Origin: Candidatus Omnitrophota bacterium
Lineage (GTDB): Bacteria; Omnitrophota; Gorgyraeia; Zapsychrales; JAHFFX01
Reading direction: 5' to 3'
DNA: 64,000 bases
Assembly (NCBI GenBank): GCA_023247725.1
Contig: JAHFFW010000005.1
Span: 25,804-89,803, forward strand
Position numbers and translations under genes: made by a program. How positions within the stretch are numbered: position 1 is the first letter of the stretch; each line of letters begins with the position of its first letter. A model generated the notes under the pieces. That model made no database searches, had not been told where the DNA came from, and worked only from the letters and a program-made list of their open reading frames with translations. This document shows positions 30,605 to 40,109 of the stretch, piece after piece.

Positions 30605-30996
30605 TATTTAGGTGCTGGTAAAATAGGGAAGAAAATATACAGGACGCATTACGAGCGAGAAATATTTTAAAACAGGACAGGGACGCAGAACATTGAGACA
30701 TATTTTAGGCTCAGCTTCCGCCGAAGGCGGATCCGCCTATGGCAGAGGTTAGAGCGTCGCCCTCACATGGCAGCACCAAATTTCCTTAGAAATAAATTTA
30801 GGAATTTGGTACAGCCTTGACTTTTTCTAGAAAATTTGGTGCAGTCCTGATTACCACAATATTTTTATGAGGAAAAGTCAGGGCGATCCCGGCTGAGTCC
30901 ATTTGAATTGATTTAAAGACCAGCGCGCAAGCGTTGGCAGTACTGCTTCCATATAAATAATAGAACATTACGGAAGCAGCAGTTAAGGAAAAAATC

Positions 30997-31722
30997 GTGC
31001 CTGTTACTTCCATCCGTGATCAACTCAAAAAACTCGTCGAGCTTCAAAACATTGATCTTGAGATCTATGGGTTTAAACGAGAATTGAGAGAAAAGCCTCT
31101 GCTTCTGGAGGACCTTAGAAATAAGTATGAGTTTTCTAAACAGGGCCTGAAAAAGTTGGAAGAAAAACTTAAAAGCATTCAGGTGGACCGAAAAAGCAAG
31201 GAGCTGGAGCTGCAAAGCAAGGAAGAATTGATTGTCAAATCCAATATGCAGCTCTTCTCGTTAAAGACGAATAAGGAGTATCAGGCGAAGCTTTTGGAGA
31301 TGGAGAATATCAAAGCCGATAAATCACTCATTGAGGAGCAGATCTTACAATCGTATGATGAATCCGATGCGGCGGTCTCCACAATTGAAAAGGAAAAACA
31401 GATCGTCGCAGCCGCCGAGAAACGCTATCTGGAGCAAAAGAAAGAAGTTGAGGATTCGGTCAAAGGGATTGAAGAACAAATTAAACAACTGGATCTTAAA
31501 CGCCGGCAAATTACTCCCGAGGTAGAAAAGGCGCATTTGAGTCGCTATGAGAAGATTCTGGAAAACAAGGATGGCCTGGCCTTGGTTCCGGTGAAAAGCG
31601 GCAGCTGCGGTGGTTGTTTCATGCACGTTCCCCAGCAGGTCATCAGTGATATCAAGATGCATGAACGATTGGTTTTTTGTGAGATGTGCGCCCGGATTAT
31701 TTACCTCGAGGATGATCTTTGA
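30997..31722 (+). CDS. COG1579/DUF164 coiled-coil protein with C-terminal C4 zinc ribbon
   Basis: Long coiled coil and a C-terminal CGGC...CEMC zinc ribbon. This family is typically encoded next to RNase H-fold genes. GTG start preceded by AAGGA. Confidence 0.7.
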   Translation: MPVTSIRDQLKKLVELQNIDLEIYGFKRELREKPLLLEDLRNKYEFSKQGLKKLEEKLKSIQVDRKSKELELQSKEELIVKSNMQLFSLKTNKEYQAKLLEMENIKADKSLIEEQILQSYDESDAAVSTIEKEKQIVAAAEKRYLEQKKEVEDSVKGIEEQIKQLDLKRRQITPEVEKAHLSRYEKILENKDGLALVPVKSGSCGGCFMHVPQQVISDIKMHERLVFCEMCARIIYLEDDL

Positions 31723-31736
31723 AATTTAGGGGGCGG

Positions 31737-32216
31737 ATGTTAGATATCTTTACCGACGGTGCTTGTTCCGGAAATCCCGGGCCGGCTGGCATCGGTGTGA
31801 TCATTCAAGAAAACGGCAAGCCGATCAAAACAATTTCCCGGTCGATTGGCTCGGCGACCAACAACATTGCGGAATATGCGGCGCTGATATTTGGTCTACA
31901 AGAAGCGTTGATTTTACAAGCGGAATCAGTCCGAGTTTCCACCGATAGCGAATTGATGTTTCAGCAGATCAGGGGCCGATATAAAATCAAGGAACCCTTT
32001 TTAAGGGTTCTCTTTGAATTGTGCCAGCCATTGATCGGCGGATTCAAGGCATTTGATATCCGCTATATCCCGCGGGAAAAAAATAAAGACGCGGATAAGC
32101 TGGCGACACAAGCCATCAAGAAAGAGCAGGTCAAGATGGTTGCCCCCACTGTTTCGCTTTGTGAAGCGAAGCGAAACAAAGCGGTGGGGGAGGAAAGTCC
32201 GAGCTCCAAAGGGTAA
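31737..32216 (+). CDS. rnhA: ribonuclease HI
   Basis: DGACSGNPGPAGIGV...AEYAALIFGL...D..ADKLA carries the RNase H catalytic motifs. The C-terminal ~30 codons overlap the predicted 5' part of rnpB. Confidence 0.85.
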   Translation: MLDIFTDGACSGNPGPAGIGVIIQENGKPIKTISRSIGSATNNIAEYAALIFGLQEALILQAESVRVSTDSELMFQQIRGRYKIKEPFLRVLFELCQPLIGGFKAFDIRYIPREKNKDADKLATQAIKKEQVKMVAPTVSLCEAKRNKAVGEESPSSKG

Positions 32217-32632
32217 TGCATCCCGGTAACGCGGGACTTCATCAGTGTCAAGTGTTAGGTGTTAAGTAATTTGAAAATTGCTTAACACTTTTCACTTAAC
32301 ACTTAACACTGCTGAAAGGATCAGAGCTACAGTGACGATGCTTGGGATCGGGATTCGGCTCACGCCGAATCCCGATCCCGGGAGTGAAACGAGCAATCTC
32401 TGCAGGGAGCAAGGCCAAATAGGGGCAGACGGCCGCCACATCAGTGGCGCCGCCCCCGCGAGGGGGTCTCGATGTTCGTCGGGAACGAAGTCACCCGCTT
32501 CGTCGTATGCCCGGGTAGGCTGCAAGAGTTGGAAGGGCAACTTTCCAAGTCAGTCGAATAACCATCCCCCGATGACTACTCTGACGACAGTCAGACGTCG
32601 GGGCACAAAACTCGGCTTATTGACCTGCTCTT
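32122..32632 (+). ncRNA. rnpB: RNase P RNA (bacterial type A) with an about 60-nt AT-rich repeat-hairpin insertion
   Basis: Universal P4 region GGGAGGAAAGTCCGAGCTCCAAAGGG, the AGCAAGGCCAAATAGGGG motif, and the 3' P4 strand ACAAAACTCGGCTTAT. Candidate P1 pairing is AGAGCAGGTCAA (32123-32134) with TTGACCTGCTCT (32620-32631). Confidence 0.8.
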
Positions 32633-32737
32633 TTTTTCGAAGTTGGCTCTCATTCTAGAGAGACTATGTTAAAATAAGTTCAGCTCGGACACTAAAGAGG
32701 CTGAATTCCCCGTTAAGGCGGTCAAGGAGGAAGATTC

Positions 32738-33481
32738 ATGTCAGGTCATTCAAAATGGGCAACAATCAAACATAAGAAAGCGGCGGCGGATGCCAAAAGA
32801 GGAGCTGCTTTTACCAAGATTATCCGGGAAATCACGGCGGCAGCAAAGGACGGCGGGAATCCCGACACGAACCCGCGTCTGCGCACCGCCATGGCCAGGG
32901 CGAAAACGATCAATATGCCCTTGAACAACGTCGAGAACGCCATCAAAAAGGGCACGGGCGAGCTTCCCGGTGTCACTTACGAGACGACGGTTTTTGATGC
33001 GTATGGTCCGGGTGGAGTGGCCATGTTGATTGAAGGCCTGACCGATAATAAGAACCGCACGACGGCGGAGATTCGCAATATCCTTTCCAAGAAAAATGGC
33101 AGCATGGCGGGGGCGGGTTCAACCGCATGGATGTTTGCTAAAAAAGGTTTCATGACGATCGAAAAAAATAAGATTGGCGAGGAAGAATTAATGGGAATTG
33201 CTCTCGAAGCCGGAGCCGAGGATTTCAACGCGGAGGGAAATACTTATGAAATCACCTGCGAGCCGGCTCAGTTTGAATCGGTCAAGGCCGCGGTTTCGGC
33301 AAAGGTCACTCCATCTTCCGCCGAGATCACGATGATTCCCAATTCGACCGTCAAGGTCACAGGCAATGACGCCAAAAACGTTCTCGAATTGATGGAAGCC
33401 CTGGAAGAACACGAGGACGTGCAAAATGTTTATGCCAATTTTGATATATCCGAAGAGGATATGGCCAAAATTGCCGGATAA
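32738..33481 (+). CDS. yebC: YebC/PmpR-family transcriptional regulator
   Basis: MSGHSKWATIKHKKAAADAKRG N-terminus and full-length homology. Confidence 0.92.
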   Translation: MSGHSKWATIKHKKAAADAKRGAAFTKIIREITAAAKDGGNPDTNPRLRTAMARAKTINMPLNNVENAIKKGTGELPGVTYETTVFDAYGPGGVAMLIEGLTDNKNRTTAEIRNILSKKNGSMAGAGSTAWMFAKKGFMTIEKNKIGEEELMGIALEAGAEDFNAEGNTYEITCEPAQFESVKAAVSAKVTPSSAEITMIPNSTVKVTGNDAKNVLELMEALEEHEDVQNVYANFDISEEDMAKIAG

Positions 33482-33487
33482 GGATGC

Positions 33488-33970
33488 ATGATCATTCTGG
33501 GGGTTGATCCTGGTTTGCAGGCCACCGGCTATGGCTTCATCCACGTCAATAAAGGAAGCTTAAAGTTAATGGAAGCCGGCACAATTGAACCCAAACCAAA
33601 AGACTCCTTCGACCAGAAGATCCAGGCCATTTATCGAAATTTGCAAGCCTTGGTCGCCCGGCATTGTCCAGAGGTCATGGTCCTCGAGAAACTTTATGCC
33701 CACTATAAGCACCCAACGACCGCCTGCATTATGGGACATGCGCGCGGGGTCATTTGTTTGTTGTGCGCGCAGCATAGGATCAAACTCGTCGAGTGCAGCG
33801 TCAAAAGGATTCGCCAGGCCGTTGTCGGAAATGGCAATGCCTCCAAAGATCAAACCCGGGAGATGGTGGCGCATTTATTGAGCCTTAACCCTAAGGATTT
33901 GGCCATCGATGCTTCCGATGCCCTGGCCTTGAGTCTGGGCTATGTTCACTTTTGCCGAAGGAAGATATGA
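33488..33970 (+). CDS. ruvC: crossover junction endodeoxyribonuclease RuvC
   Basis: MIILGVDPGLQATGYG start and the yebC-ruvC-ruvA context. Confidence 0.9.
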   Translation: MIILGVDPGLQATGYGFIHVNKGSLKLMEAGTIEPKPKDSFDQKIQAIYRNLQALVARHCPEVMVLEKLYAHYKHPTTACIMGHARGVICLLCAQHRIKLVECSVKRIRQAVVGNGNASKDQTREMVAHLLSLNPKDLAIDASDALALSLGYVHFCRRKI

Positions 33971-34593
33971 TCGTTCGCCTGAAAGGCCGGCTCATCGAAA
34001 AAGATGGTCAATCACTCGTCGTGGACGTCCAGGGTTTGCATTATGAGGTGTTTGTTCCAGCTTCGGTTCTGGCTCGCATCCATCAGCATCTGGATGCCCA
34101 AGGGAATGTGGATCTCATCACCTACCATTATTTCCAAATCGATCCGGCCAAAGGTGTTCCCGTTTTGATTGGTTTTTTGAATGATTTGGAGAAAGATTTC
34201 TTTCTCCAGTTCATCACGGTGTCAGGTATAGGACCGCGGGCTGCGATCAAGGCTCTGAACAAGCCTATCTCGGAAATCACCCGCGCCATCGATGAGAACG
34301 ACGTGAGTTTCCTAAAGACCCTGCCGGGGATCGGGACTCAGAGGGCTAAAGAGATCGTGGCCAAATTGCAGGGCAAAGTCGGGCGTTTCGGTTTGCTTAA
34401 GGACCAAGATATTGAGCGCCCGTCGAGCGAACCGCCAGATTGGCAAAAGGAGGCGCTGGCAGTTCTTCTGCAATTGCAATACAAAAGACCGGAAGCATTG
34501 GACATGATTGAACGGGCATTGAAAAGATCCCATGACATCCAGACTGCGGAAGATTTGCTCAATGAAATCTATAAACAAAAGGTGAACAAATGA
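33967..34593 (+). CDS. ruvA: Holliday junction branch migration protein RuvA
   Basis: MIVRLKGRL start and HhH motifs (LPGIGTQRAKEIV). ATGA overlap with ruvC. Confidence 0.9.
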   Translation: MIVRLKGRLIEKDGQSLVVDVQGLHYEVFVPASVLARIHQHLDAQGNVDLITYHYFQIDPAKGVPVLIGFLNDLEKDFFLQFITVSGIGPRAAIKALNKPISEITRAIDENDVSFLKTLPGIGTQRAKEIVAKLQGKVGRFGLLKDQDIERPSSEPPDWQKEALAVLLQLQYKRPEALDMIERALKRSHDIQTAEDLLNEIYKQKVNK

Positions 34594-35381
34594 CCGATCC
34601 TTCCGAGAACTTCCAATTGAAAGGAACCATCGAGGCGCTTTTGCTTGTGAGTGATAAACCCGTGACGCTCGATCAATTCAAAGAAGTCATTGAAGGCATT
34701 GACGGCGCTACGATGAAGGAGACCATCCAGTCATTACAGAAAGAATACAGAGACCGGCACAGCGGTATTGTCATTGTGGAAATCGCCGGGGGTTATCAGA
34801 TGTTGACGGATTCGGGACATGCCTTGGCGATTCGGAAATTTTTTAAGACTCGGCAGAAGGAAAAACTATCCCGGCCGGCGCTGGAAACCTTGGCGATCAT
34901 TGCCTACAAACAGCCGGTGTCGCGCCTGGATATCGAACAAATCCGCGGCGTCAATTCCGACGGCGTGACGGATCATCTGCTGGCCAAGGGACTCATCAAA
35001 ATCGTGGGCCGCAAGGAAGTCCCCGGTCGACCTTACCTTTATGGTACGACGAAACAATTTCTGGAATATTTTGGTTTGAAATCGTTAAATGATCTGCCGA
35101 AGCTGGAAGATTTTACTGCTTTGCAAACGAATGATTCTCCGACGGAAATTTCGCCCTTGACCCAAGAAGAGGTGGCCGAACAAATGCAAGGATCCGCTCA
35201 CCGCGTTTCCGAGAATAAAGAACCAGAAAACTATCCCCGACCAAGTCAACCCGTGGAAGCAGTTTCGCTCGAGGACGAATCGTTTTCGCCAGGCCCCCTA
35301 GCGGATTCGGCCCTGCCGTTGCCCGCCGACCAACCACCCTCGGAAACACTGGAAGCATCGACGAAAAAGGAACAGGAATAG
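34590..35381 (+). CDS. scpB: segregation and condensation protein B with acidic or Pro-rich C-terminal tail
   Basis: ScpB winged-helix region (IEALLLVSDKPVTL...PALETLAIIAYKQPVSRLDIEQIRGV). Confidence 0.85.
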   Translation: MTDPSENFQLKGTIEALLLVSDKPVTLDQFKEVIEGIDGATMKETIQSLQKEYRDRHSGIVIVEIAGGYQMLTDSGHALAIRKFFKTRQKEKLSRPALETLAIIAYKQPVSRLDIEQIRGVNSDGVTDHLLAKGLIKIVGRKEVPGRPYLYGTTKQFLEYFGLKSLNDLPKLEDFTALQTNDSPTEISPLTQEEVAEQMQGSAHRVSENKEPENYPRPSQPVEAVSLEDESFSPGPLADSALPLPADQPPSETLEASTKKEQE

Positions 35382-35382
35382 C

Positions 35383-36447
35383 ATGCTTTTGCCCGAATTC
35401 AGACAACAGATCGATGCGATCGATGCGAAGATCGTCGAGCTTTTGAACGAACGCGCCAAATTGAGCAAGGCCATCGGAGAGTTCAAATTAAAAAATAACC
35501 GAGAAATTTATTCGCCGGATCGGGAAACACAGATCCTCGCACGGATTAAGGCCCTCAATCGTGGCCAAATCTCGGACTCCGCACTGCAGGCCATCTATCG
35601 GGAGATCATGTCGTGTTCTCTCTCTATTGAAAAACCACTCAAGATCGCGGTTTTGGGCAAAATGGGTTCTTACACCCATTCTGCGGCCATAAAAATTTTT
35701 GGTCTGCAGATGGAGTATATCTCCTGCGGCCGAATCCCGGAAATCTTTCAAAAGGTGGAGCAGGCGCAATGCAATTATGGCGTCGTTCCGGTGGAGAATT
35801 CGACCGAGGGGGCCGTCACCCCCACCTTCGATATGCTGGTTGATTCGGATTTGAAAATTTGTCGCCAGAGTTTGATGGAGATATCGCACAATCTTTTATC
35901 GCGGGCCCGCAGCCTTTCGCAAATCAAAAAGGTCTATTCGAATCCGCAGGTCTTTAACCAGTGCCGCAGCTGGCTCGCGGCCAATCTGCCGGCGGCCGAA
36001 GATATTTATGTCGACTCAACCACCCACGCGGCCCAAATTGCGGCAAGATCAAAAAATTCCGCGGCCATCGCGTCCCTGGAGGTGGCTTCGATTTATCGCC
36101 TTCCGGTTTTGCGGAAGAGCATTCACGATGTGGCGCATAATTCGACGCGCTTTTTGGTGATTGGTGAGAATGATGCAGCCCCGACGGGAAAAGATAAAAC
36201 CTCGATCCTTTTTTCCATCAAGGATCGGGTAGGCGCTTTGTATTCGATGCTTGCGCCTTTTTATAGAAATAAGATTAACCTGACAAAAATCGAATCGCGA
36301 CCTTCCAAGAAAAAAGCCTGGGATTATTATTTTTTTGTCGACTTTGAAGGCCATCGGCAGGATCCCCCGGTCAAAAAAGCCTTGGAGCAATTGGAAGAGA
36401 TGTGCAAATACTTGAAGATCCTGGGATCTTATCCGGTTTTGGAATGA
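35383..36447 (+). CDS. pheA: bifunctional chorismate mutase / prephenate dehydratase
   Basis: N-terminal CM domain (RQQIDAIDAKIVELLNERAKL), a PDT domain and a C-terminal ACT domain. Confidence 0.9.
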   Translation: MLLPEFRQQIDAIDAKIVELLNERAKLSKAIGEFKLKNNREIYSPDRETQILARIKALNRGQISDSALQAIYREIMSCSLSIEKPLKIAVLGKMGSYTHSAAIKIFGLQMEYISCGRIPEIFQKVEQAQCNYGVVPVENSTEGAVTPTFDMLVDSDLKICRQSLMEISHNLLSRARSLSQIKKVYSNPQVFNQCRSWLAANLPAAEDIYVDSTTHAAQIAARSKNSAAIASLEVASIYRLPVLRKSIHDVAHNSTRFLVIGENDAAPTGKDKTSILFSIKDRVGALYSMLAPFYRNKINLTKIESRPSKKKAWDYYFFVDFEGHRQDPPVKKALEQLEEMCKYLKILGSYPVLE

Positions 36448-37529
36448 AACTTCTATTGAAACAGAATATCTGGCGGGTCAAACCTTACGTCCCGGGAAAA
36501 CCCATCGAAGAAGTCAAAAGGGAATACGGTCTTTCAAGCGTCATTAAGCTCGCCTCCAATGAGAATCCCTTTCCGCCTTCCCCCCAAGTCCTCGCCGCGC
36601 TAAGAACGCACGCCAAAGAGATTAATCGTTACCCCGATGGAGATTGTTTTTATTTGCGTCAGGCCTTGGCGCGCAGACTCCGGGTTTTGCCGCAACAATT
36701 GATCTTTGGTAATGGCTCGGATGAAATCCTGGTTTTGGCATTGCGGGCGCTCGTGAGCGACGGTGATGAAGTGATGGTGGCTAAACCTTCTTTTTTGGTA
36801 TACGGCATTGCCAGTCAGGTGATGGGCGCGGCCTTGAAGGAAGTGCTTTTAAAAAACCTGCGTTATGACTTGCCGGCCATGGCCCAGGCGGTCACGGATA
36901 AAACCAAAATCATTTTCATTGGAAACCCTGATAATCCGGCGGGAACCTATGTGACCGCCCAGGAGGTCGAAGAGTTTTTAAAGGCTGTTCCCTCCCATGC
37001 CCTCGTGGTTTTTGACGAAGCGTACTATGAATTCGTTCAAAAAAATGATTACCCCGATGCGATTGGTTTGATGCGCACGTATGAAAACGTTCTGGTGACC
37101 CGAACCTTTTCCAAATTTTATGGGCTCGCCGGTCTTCGAGTGGGTTTTGGGATTGGTCACCCCAAGTTGATCGACGGGCTGAATCGGATCCGCGAACCTT
37201 TTAATATCAATTCGCTGGCTCAAGCCGCGGCGCTGGCGTGTCTTTTAGATATCGCTTATTATCGGCGGATGGCCAGGAAAATCGCCAGCCAAAAAATTTT
37301 TTTGCTCACGGCCCTGCGCAAAATGGGTCTGGATTGCAAAGAAAGCGCCACGAATTTCATTTTGATCGATGTGAAAAAAAATAGTTCAGAAGTTTGCGAG
37401 CAATTGCTACACAAAGGTGTTATTATACGGGATATGAATTTTTGGGGATTGGAGAATTTTGTCCGGGTGACCGTTGGCACAAACCAGGAGAACCGGAGAT
37501 TCCTGGCGGCTTTAAAGGGAATTTTATGA
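36444..37529 (+). CDS. hisC: HisC-family aminotransferase (histidinol-phosphate or aromatic aminotransferase)
   Basis: VKPYVPGKP...[13 protein letters not shown] and the PLP-lysine region ([15 protein letters not shown]). ATGA overlaps on both sides within the aromatic cluster. Confidence 0.85.
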   Translation: MKLLLKQNIWRVKPYVPGKPIEEVKREYGLSSVIKLASNENPFPPSPQVLAALRTHAKEINRYPDGDCFYLRQALARRLRVLPQQLIFGNGSDEILVLALRALVSDGDEVMVAKPSFLVYGIASQVMGAALKEVLLKNLRYDLPAMAQAVTDKTKIIFIGNPDNPAGTYVTAQEVEEFLKAVPSHALVVFDEAYYEFVQKNDYPDAIGLMRTYENVLVTRTFSKFYGLAGLRVGFGIGHPKLIDGLNRIREPFNINSLAQAAALACLLDIAYYRRMARKIASQKIFLLTALRKMGLDCKESATNFILIDVKKNSSEVCEQLLHKGVIIRDMNFWGLENFVRVTVGTNQENRRFLAALKGIL

Positions 37530-38542
37530 TCATTGTTTTAAATAAGGATGCGACCGAGGCTCAAATTCAACACATCATTGAACGAACGGAAAAACTGGGC
37601 CTCAAGGCCCATATTTCCCGAGGGATGGAGAGGACCATCATCGGTTTTATCGGAGCGGAAGATGCCCTGAGAATGATTCCCCTCGAGGTTTTTCCTGGCG
37701 TCGAGAATGTGATGCCGGTCTTGGCCCCTTATAAATTGGTCTCTCGGGAATTCAAAAAGGATGATTCTTTAATCAAGCTCGATTCAAAGGCGACGATGGG
37801 CGGGAAAAAATTGGTCGTGATGGCCGGGCCCTGTTCCGTAGAAAACCACGACGGGCTTTTGTCGGTGGCGAAAAAGATCAAGGCGGCCGGGGCCAGCGTC
37901 CTGCGCGCCGGGGCTTTTAAACCCCGCACCTCCCCTTACGATTTTCAGGGTTTGGGAGAAGAGGGGTTAAAAATTCTTCACTCCGTGGGCAAAGAGATAG
38001 GACTGGCGACGATCACCGAGGTCATGGATCCGCGTCAGGTGGAATTGGTGGGCCGCTATGCGGATATCTTTCAGATCGGCGCCCGGAACATGCAGAATTT
38101 CAGTTTGCTTCGAGAGATTGGCCAGACGCGAAAGCCGGTTTTGCTCAAACGGGGTTTAAGTGCCACCATCAAGGATCTTTTGATGTCAGCGGAATATATC
38201 CTTTCGGAAGGGAATTTTGAGGTGATGTTATGTGAACGCGGTATCCGAACCTTTGAGACCGCGACCCGCAATACCTTAGATATTAATGCGATCGGCGTGG
38301 TCAAAAAGCTTTCGCATCTTCCTATTGTGGTTGATCCCAGCCACGGCACGGGTTCCTGGGGATTGGTGCCCAGTGGTGCCAGAGCGGCGGTCGCCGCCGG
38401 CTGCGACGGCATTATGGTGGAAGTGCACGATAACCCGGAAGAGGCCCTATCCGACGGAGCTCAGTCCCTGAAGCCCGATAAATTCGCCTCCTTAATGGAA
38501 GAATTGAAAGCGATCGCAAAAGCGATTGGTCGCGAAATTTAA
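37526..38542 (+). CDS. aroF: 3-deoxy-7-phosphoheptulonate (DAHP) synthase, type I-beta with N-terminal ferredoxin-like regulatory domain
   Basis: KDO8PS/DAH7PS (beta/alpha)8 core ([11 protein letters not shown]...[17 protein letters not shown]) after a ~70-aa regulatory domain ([26 protein letters not shown]). Confidence 0.85.
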   Translation: MIIVLNKDATEAQIQHIIERTEKLGLKAHISRGMERTIIGFIGAEDALRMIPLEVFPGVENVMPVLAPYKLVSREFKKDDSLIKLDSKATMGGKKLVVMAGPCSVENHDGLLSVAKKIKAAGASVLRAGAFKPRTSPYDFQGLGEEGLKILHSVGKEIGLATITEVMDPRQVELVGRYADIFQIGARNMQNFSLLREIGQTRKPVLLKRGLSATIKDLLMSAEYILSEGNFEVMLCERGIRTFETATRNTLDINAIGVVKKLSHLPIVVDPSHGTGSWGLVPSGARAAVAAGCDGIMVEVHDNPEEALSDGAQSLKPDKFASLMEELKAIAKAIGREI

Positions 38543-38554
38543 ATCAATGAAGTC

Positions 38555-39418
38555 ATGGCTGAAACGCCTTTCTTTAGAAAGATCACGGTTGTCGGAGTCG
38601 GTTTAATTGGCGGTTCCCTCGGGATGGCCATTAAACACCACCGCATGTCCCACGAGGTGGCGGGGATTTCCCAGCGCCACACCACCCTCGTTTATGCCCT
38701 GAAAAATAAGGCCATCGACCGTGCCTACCATGACATCCGCAAAGCCGTTTATAATTCCGATCTCATCATCTTGGCCACGCCGGTTAACACCATCATCAAT
38801 CTCTTGAAGCAGATTGGTCCGCATTTGAAGCGCGGTTCTATTGTCACCGATGTGGGCAGTACCAAATTGACCATTGTCGACACGGCGGAAAAACATCTTC
38901 CTCCGCACGTGTTCTTTGTCGGTTCGCATCCCTTATCGGGATCGGAGAAGCAGGGAGCCAGCTTTGCGAATCCAAACTTGTTTGAGAAATCTTTATGCCT
39001 TTTGACGCCTACGGAACGTAGCAACCGCATGGCGGTCGAGAAACTTCGGCAATTTTGGGCTCGCTTGGGTGCACAGGTGAAATTGATGACTCCCGGCGAG
39101 CATGATCGGATTCTTTCGTTCGTGAGTCATCTGCCGCACGTCGTGGCGTTCGCCTTGATTGGGGTGATCCCCCACCAATATTTGGAATTCGCCTCCACCG
39201 GACTTAAAGACACGACGAGGATCGCCTCAAGCGCTCCCCAGATGTGGAGCGATATCTGTCTGGCCAACTCCAAGAATATCATTCAGGCTTTGGACGAAAC
39301 CGTCAAGTCCCTTTCCCTCTATCGAAAGTTGATCATAGCCCGCGATGAGCAGAACCTCATGGAGAATTTCAAGAAAGCCAAAGCCAAACGCGATGGCGCC
39401 CTCGAGCCGGCCGAATAA
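38555..39418 (+). CDS. tyrA: prephenate dehydrogenase
   Basis: Rossmann GVGLIGGSLG motif and TyrA-family homology. Confidence 0.88.
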   Translation: MAETPFFRKITVVGVGLIGGSLGMAIKHHRMSHEVAGISQRHTTLVYALKNKAIDRAYHDIRKAVYNSDLIILATPVNTIINLLKQIGPHLKRGSIVTDVGSTKLTIVDTAEKHLPPHVFFVGSHPLSGSEKQGASFANPNLFEKSLCLLTPTERSNRMAVEKLRQFWARLGAQVKLMTPGEHDRILSFVSHLPHVVAFALIGVIPHQYLEFASTGLKDTTRIASSAPQMWSDICLANSKNIIQALDETVKSLSLYRKLIIARDEQNLMENFKKAKAKRDGALEPAE

Positions 39419-40109
39419 GCCCTTGGGAACAATTGTCATTGCCATCGACGGGCCGGCAGGGGCCGGTAAAAGCACGATCGCCAAGGCCTTGTCCAAACGT
39501 TTGCATTTTTCCTATCTGGATACGGGGGCCATGTATCGGGCTCTCACCCTAAAGGCCTTGCGGCAAAAGATTTCTCTGGGCAATGAGGCGGCCCTGGTGA
39601 CATTGGCCCAAGAAACAACCATTGACTTACGGACAGAGACTGATCAAGGGCTGCACATCTTTCTTGACGGTGAGGATGTCACGACCGCGATTCGTTCGCT
39701 GGAGGTGACGAATAATACGTTCTACATTGCGCGCGCGCCGCAAGTCCGCGCGATGATGGTGGAATGGCAAAGGGCGATCGGCTCTCGGCATAATATCGTG
39801 GTGGAGGGCCGGGATGTCGGGACCGTGGTTTTCCCTCAGGCCACTTATAAATTTTATCTCGATGCTGATTTTAAGGAACGTTCGCAGCGCCGCATCCTTG
39901 AATTAAAGGCTCAAAAAAAAGTTTTTGATGAGGACGTGTTAAAAAAGGAACTTCAAGAACGGGATCATAAGGATATGACTCGTTCCGTCGGGCCGCTCAA
40001 GCAGGCGGCGGATGCCGTCCGCATTGATTCCACGCATTTGACGATCGAGCAGGTCATTGAAAAAATCTGGCAGGTTGTGAAGAACCATGGACAAGCAGTT
40101 CATCCGTAA
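39393..40109 (+). CDS. cmk: cytidylate kinase
   Basis: IAIDGPAGAGKSTIAKALSKRLHFSYLDTGAMYRA. The exact start is uncertain; it is either the ATG at 39393 overlapping tyrA or the in-frame TTG at 39423. Confidence 0.85.
   Translation: MAPSSRPNKPLGTIVIAIDGPAGAGKSTIAKALSKRLHFSYLDTGAMYRALTLKALRQKISLGNEAALVTLAQETTIDLRTETDQGLHIFLDGEDVTTAIRSLEVTNNTFYIARAPQVRAMMVEWQRAIGSRHNIVVEGRDVGTVVFPQATYKFYLDADFKERSQRRILELKAQKKVFDEDVLKKELQERDHKDMTRSVGPLKQAADAVRIDSTHLTIEQVIEKIWQVVKNHGQAVHP

Noticed and set aside
32278-32658. ORFs 32278..32658 (+) and 32292..32540 (-)
   Set aside because: They fall inside the RNase P RNA gene. Ala/Gly/Arg-rich translations are typical of a GC-rich structured RNA read as protein.
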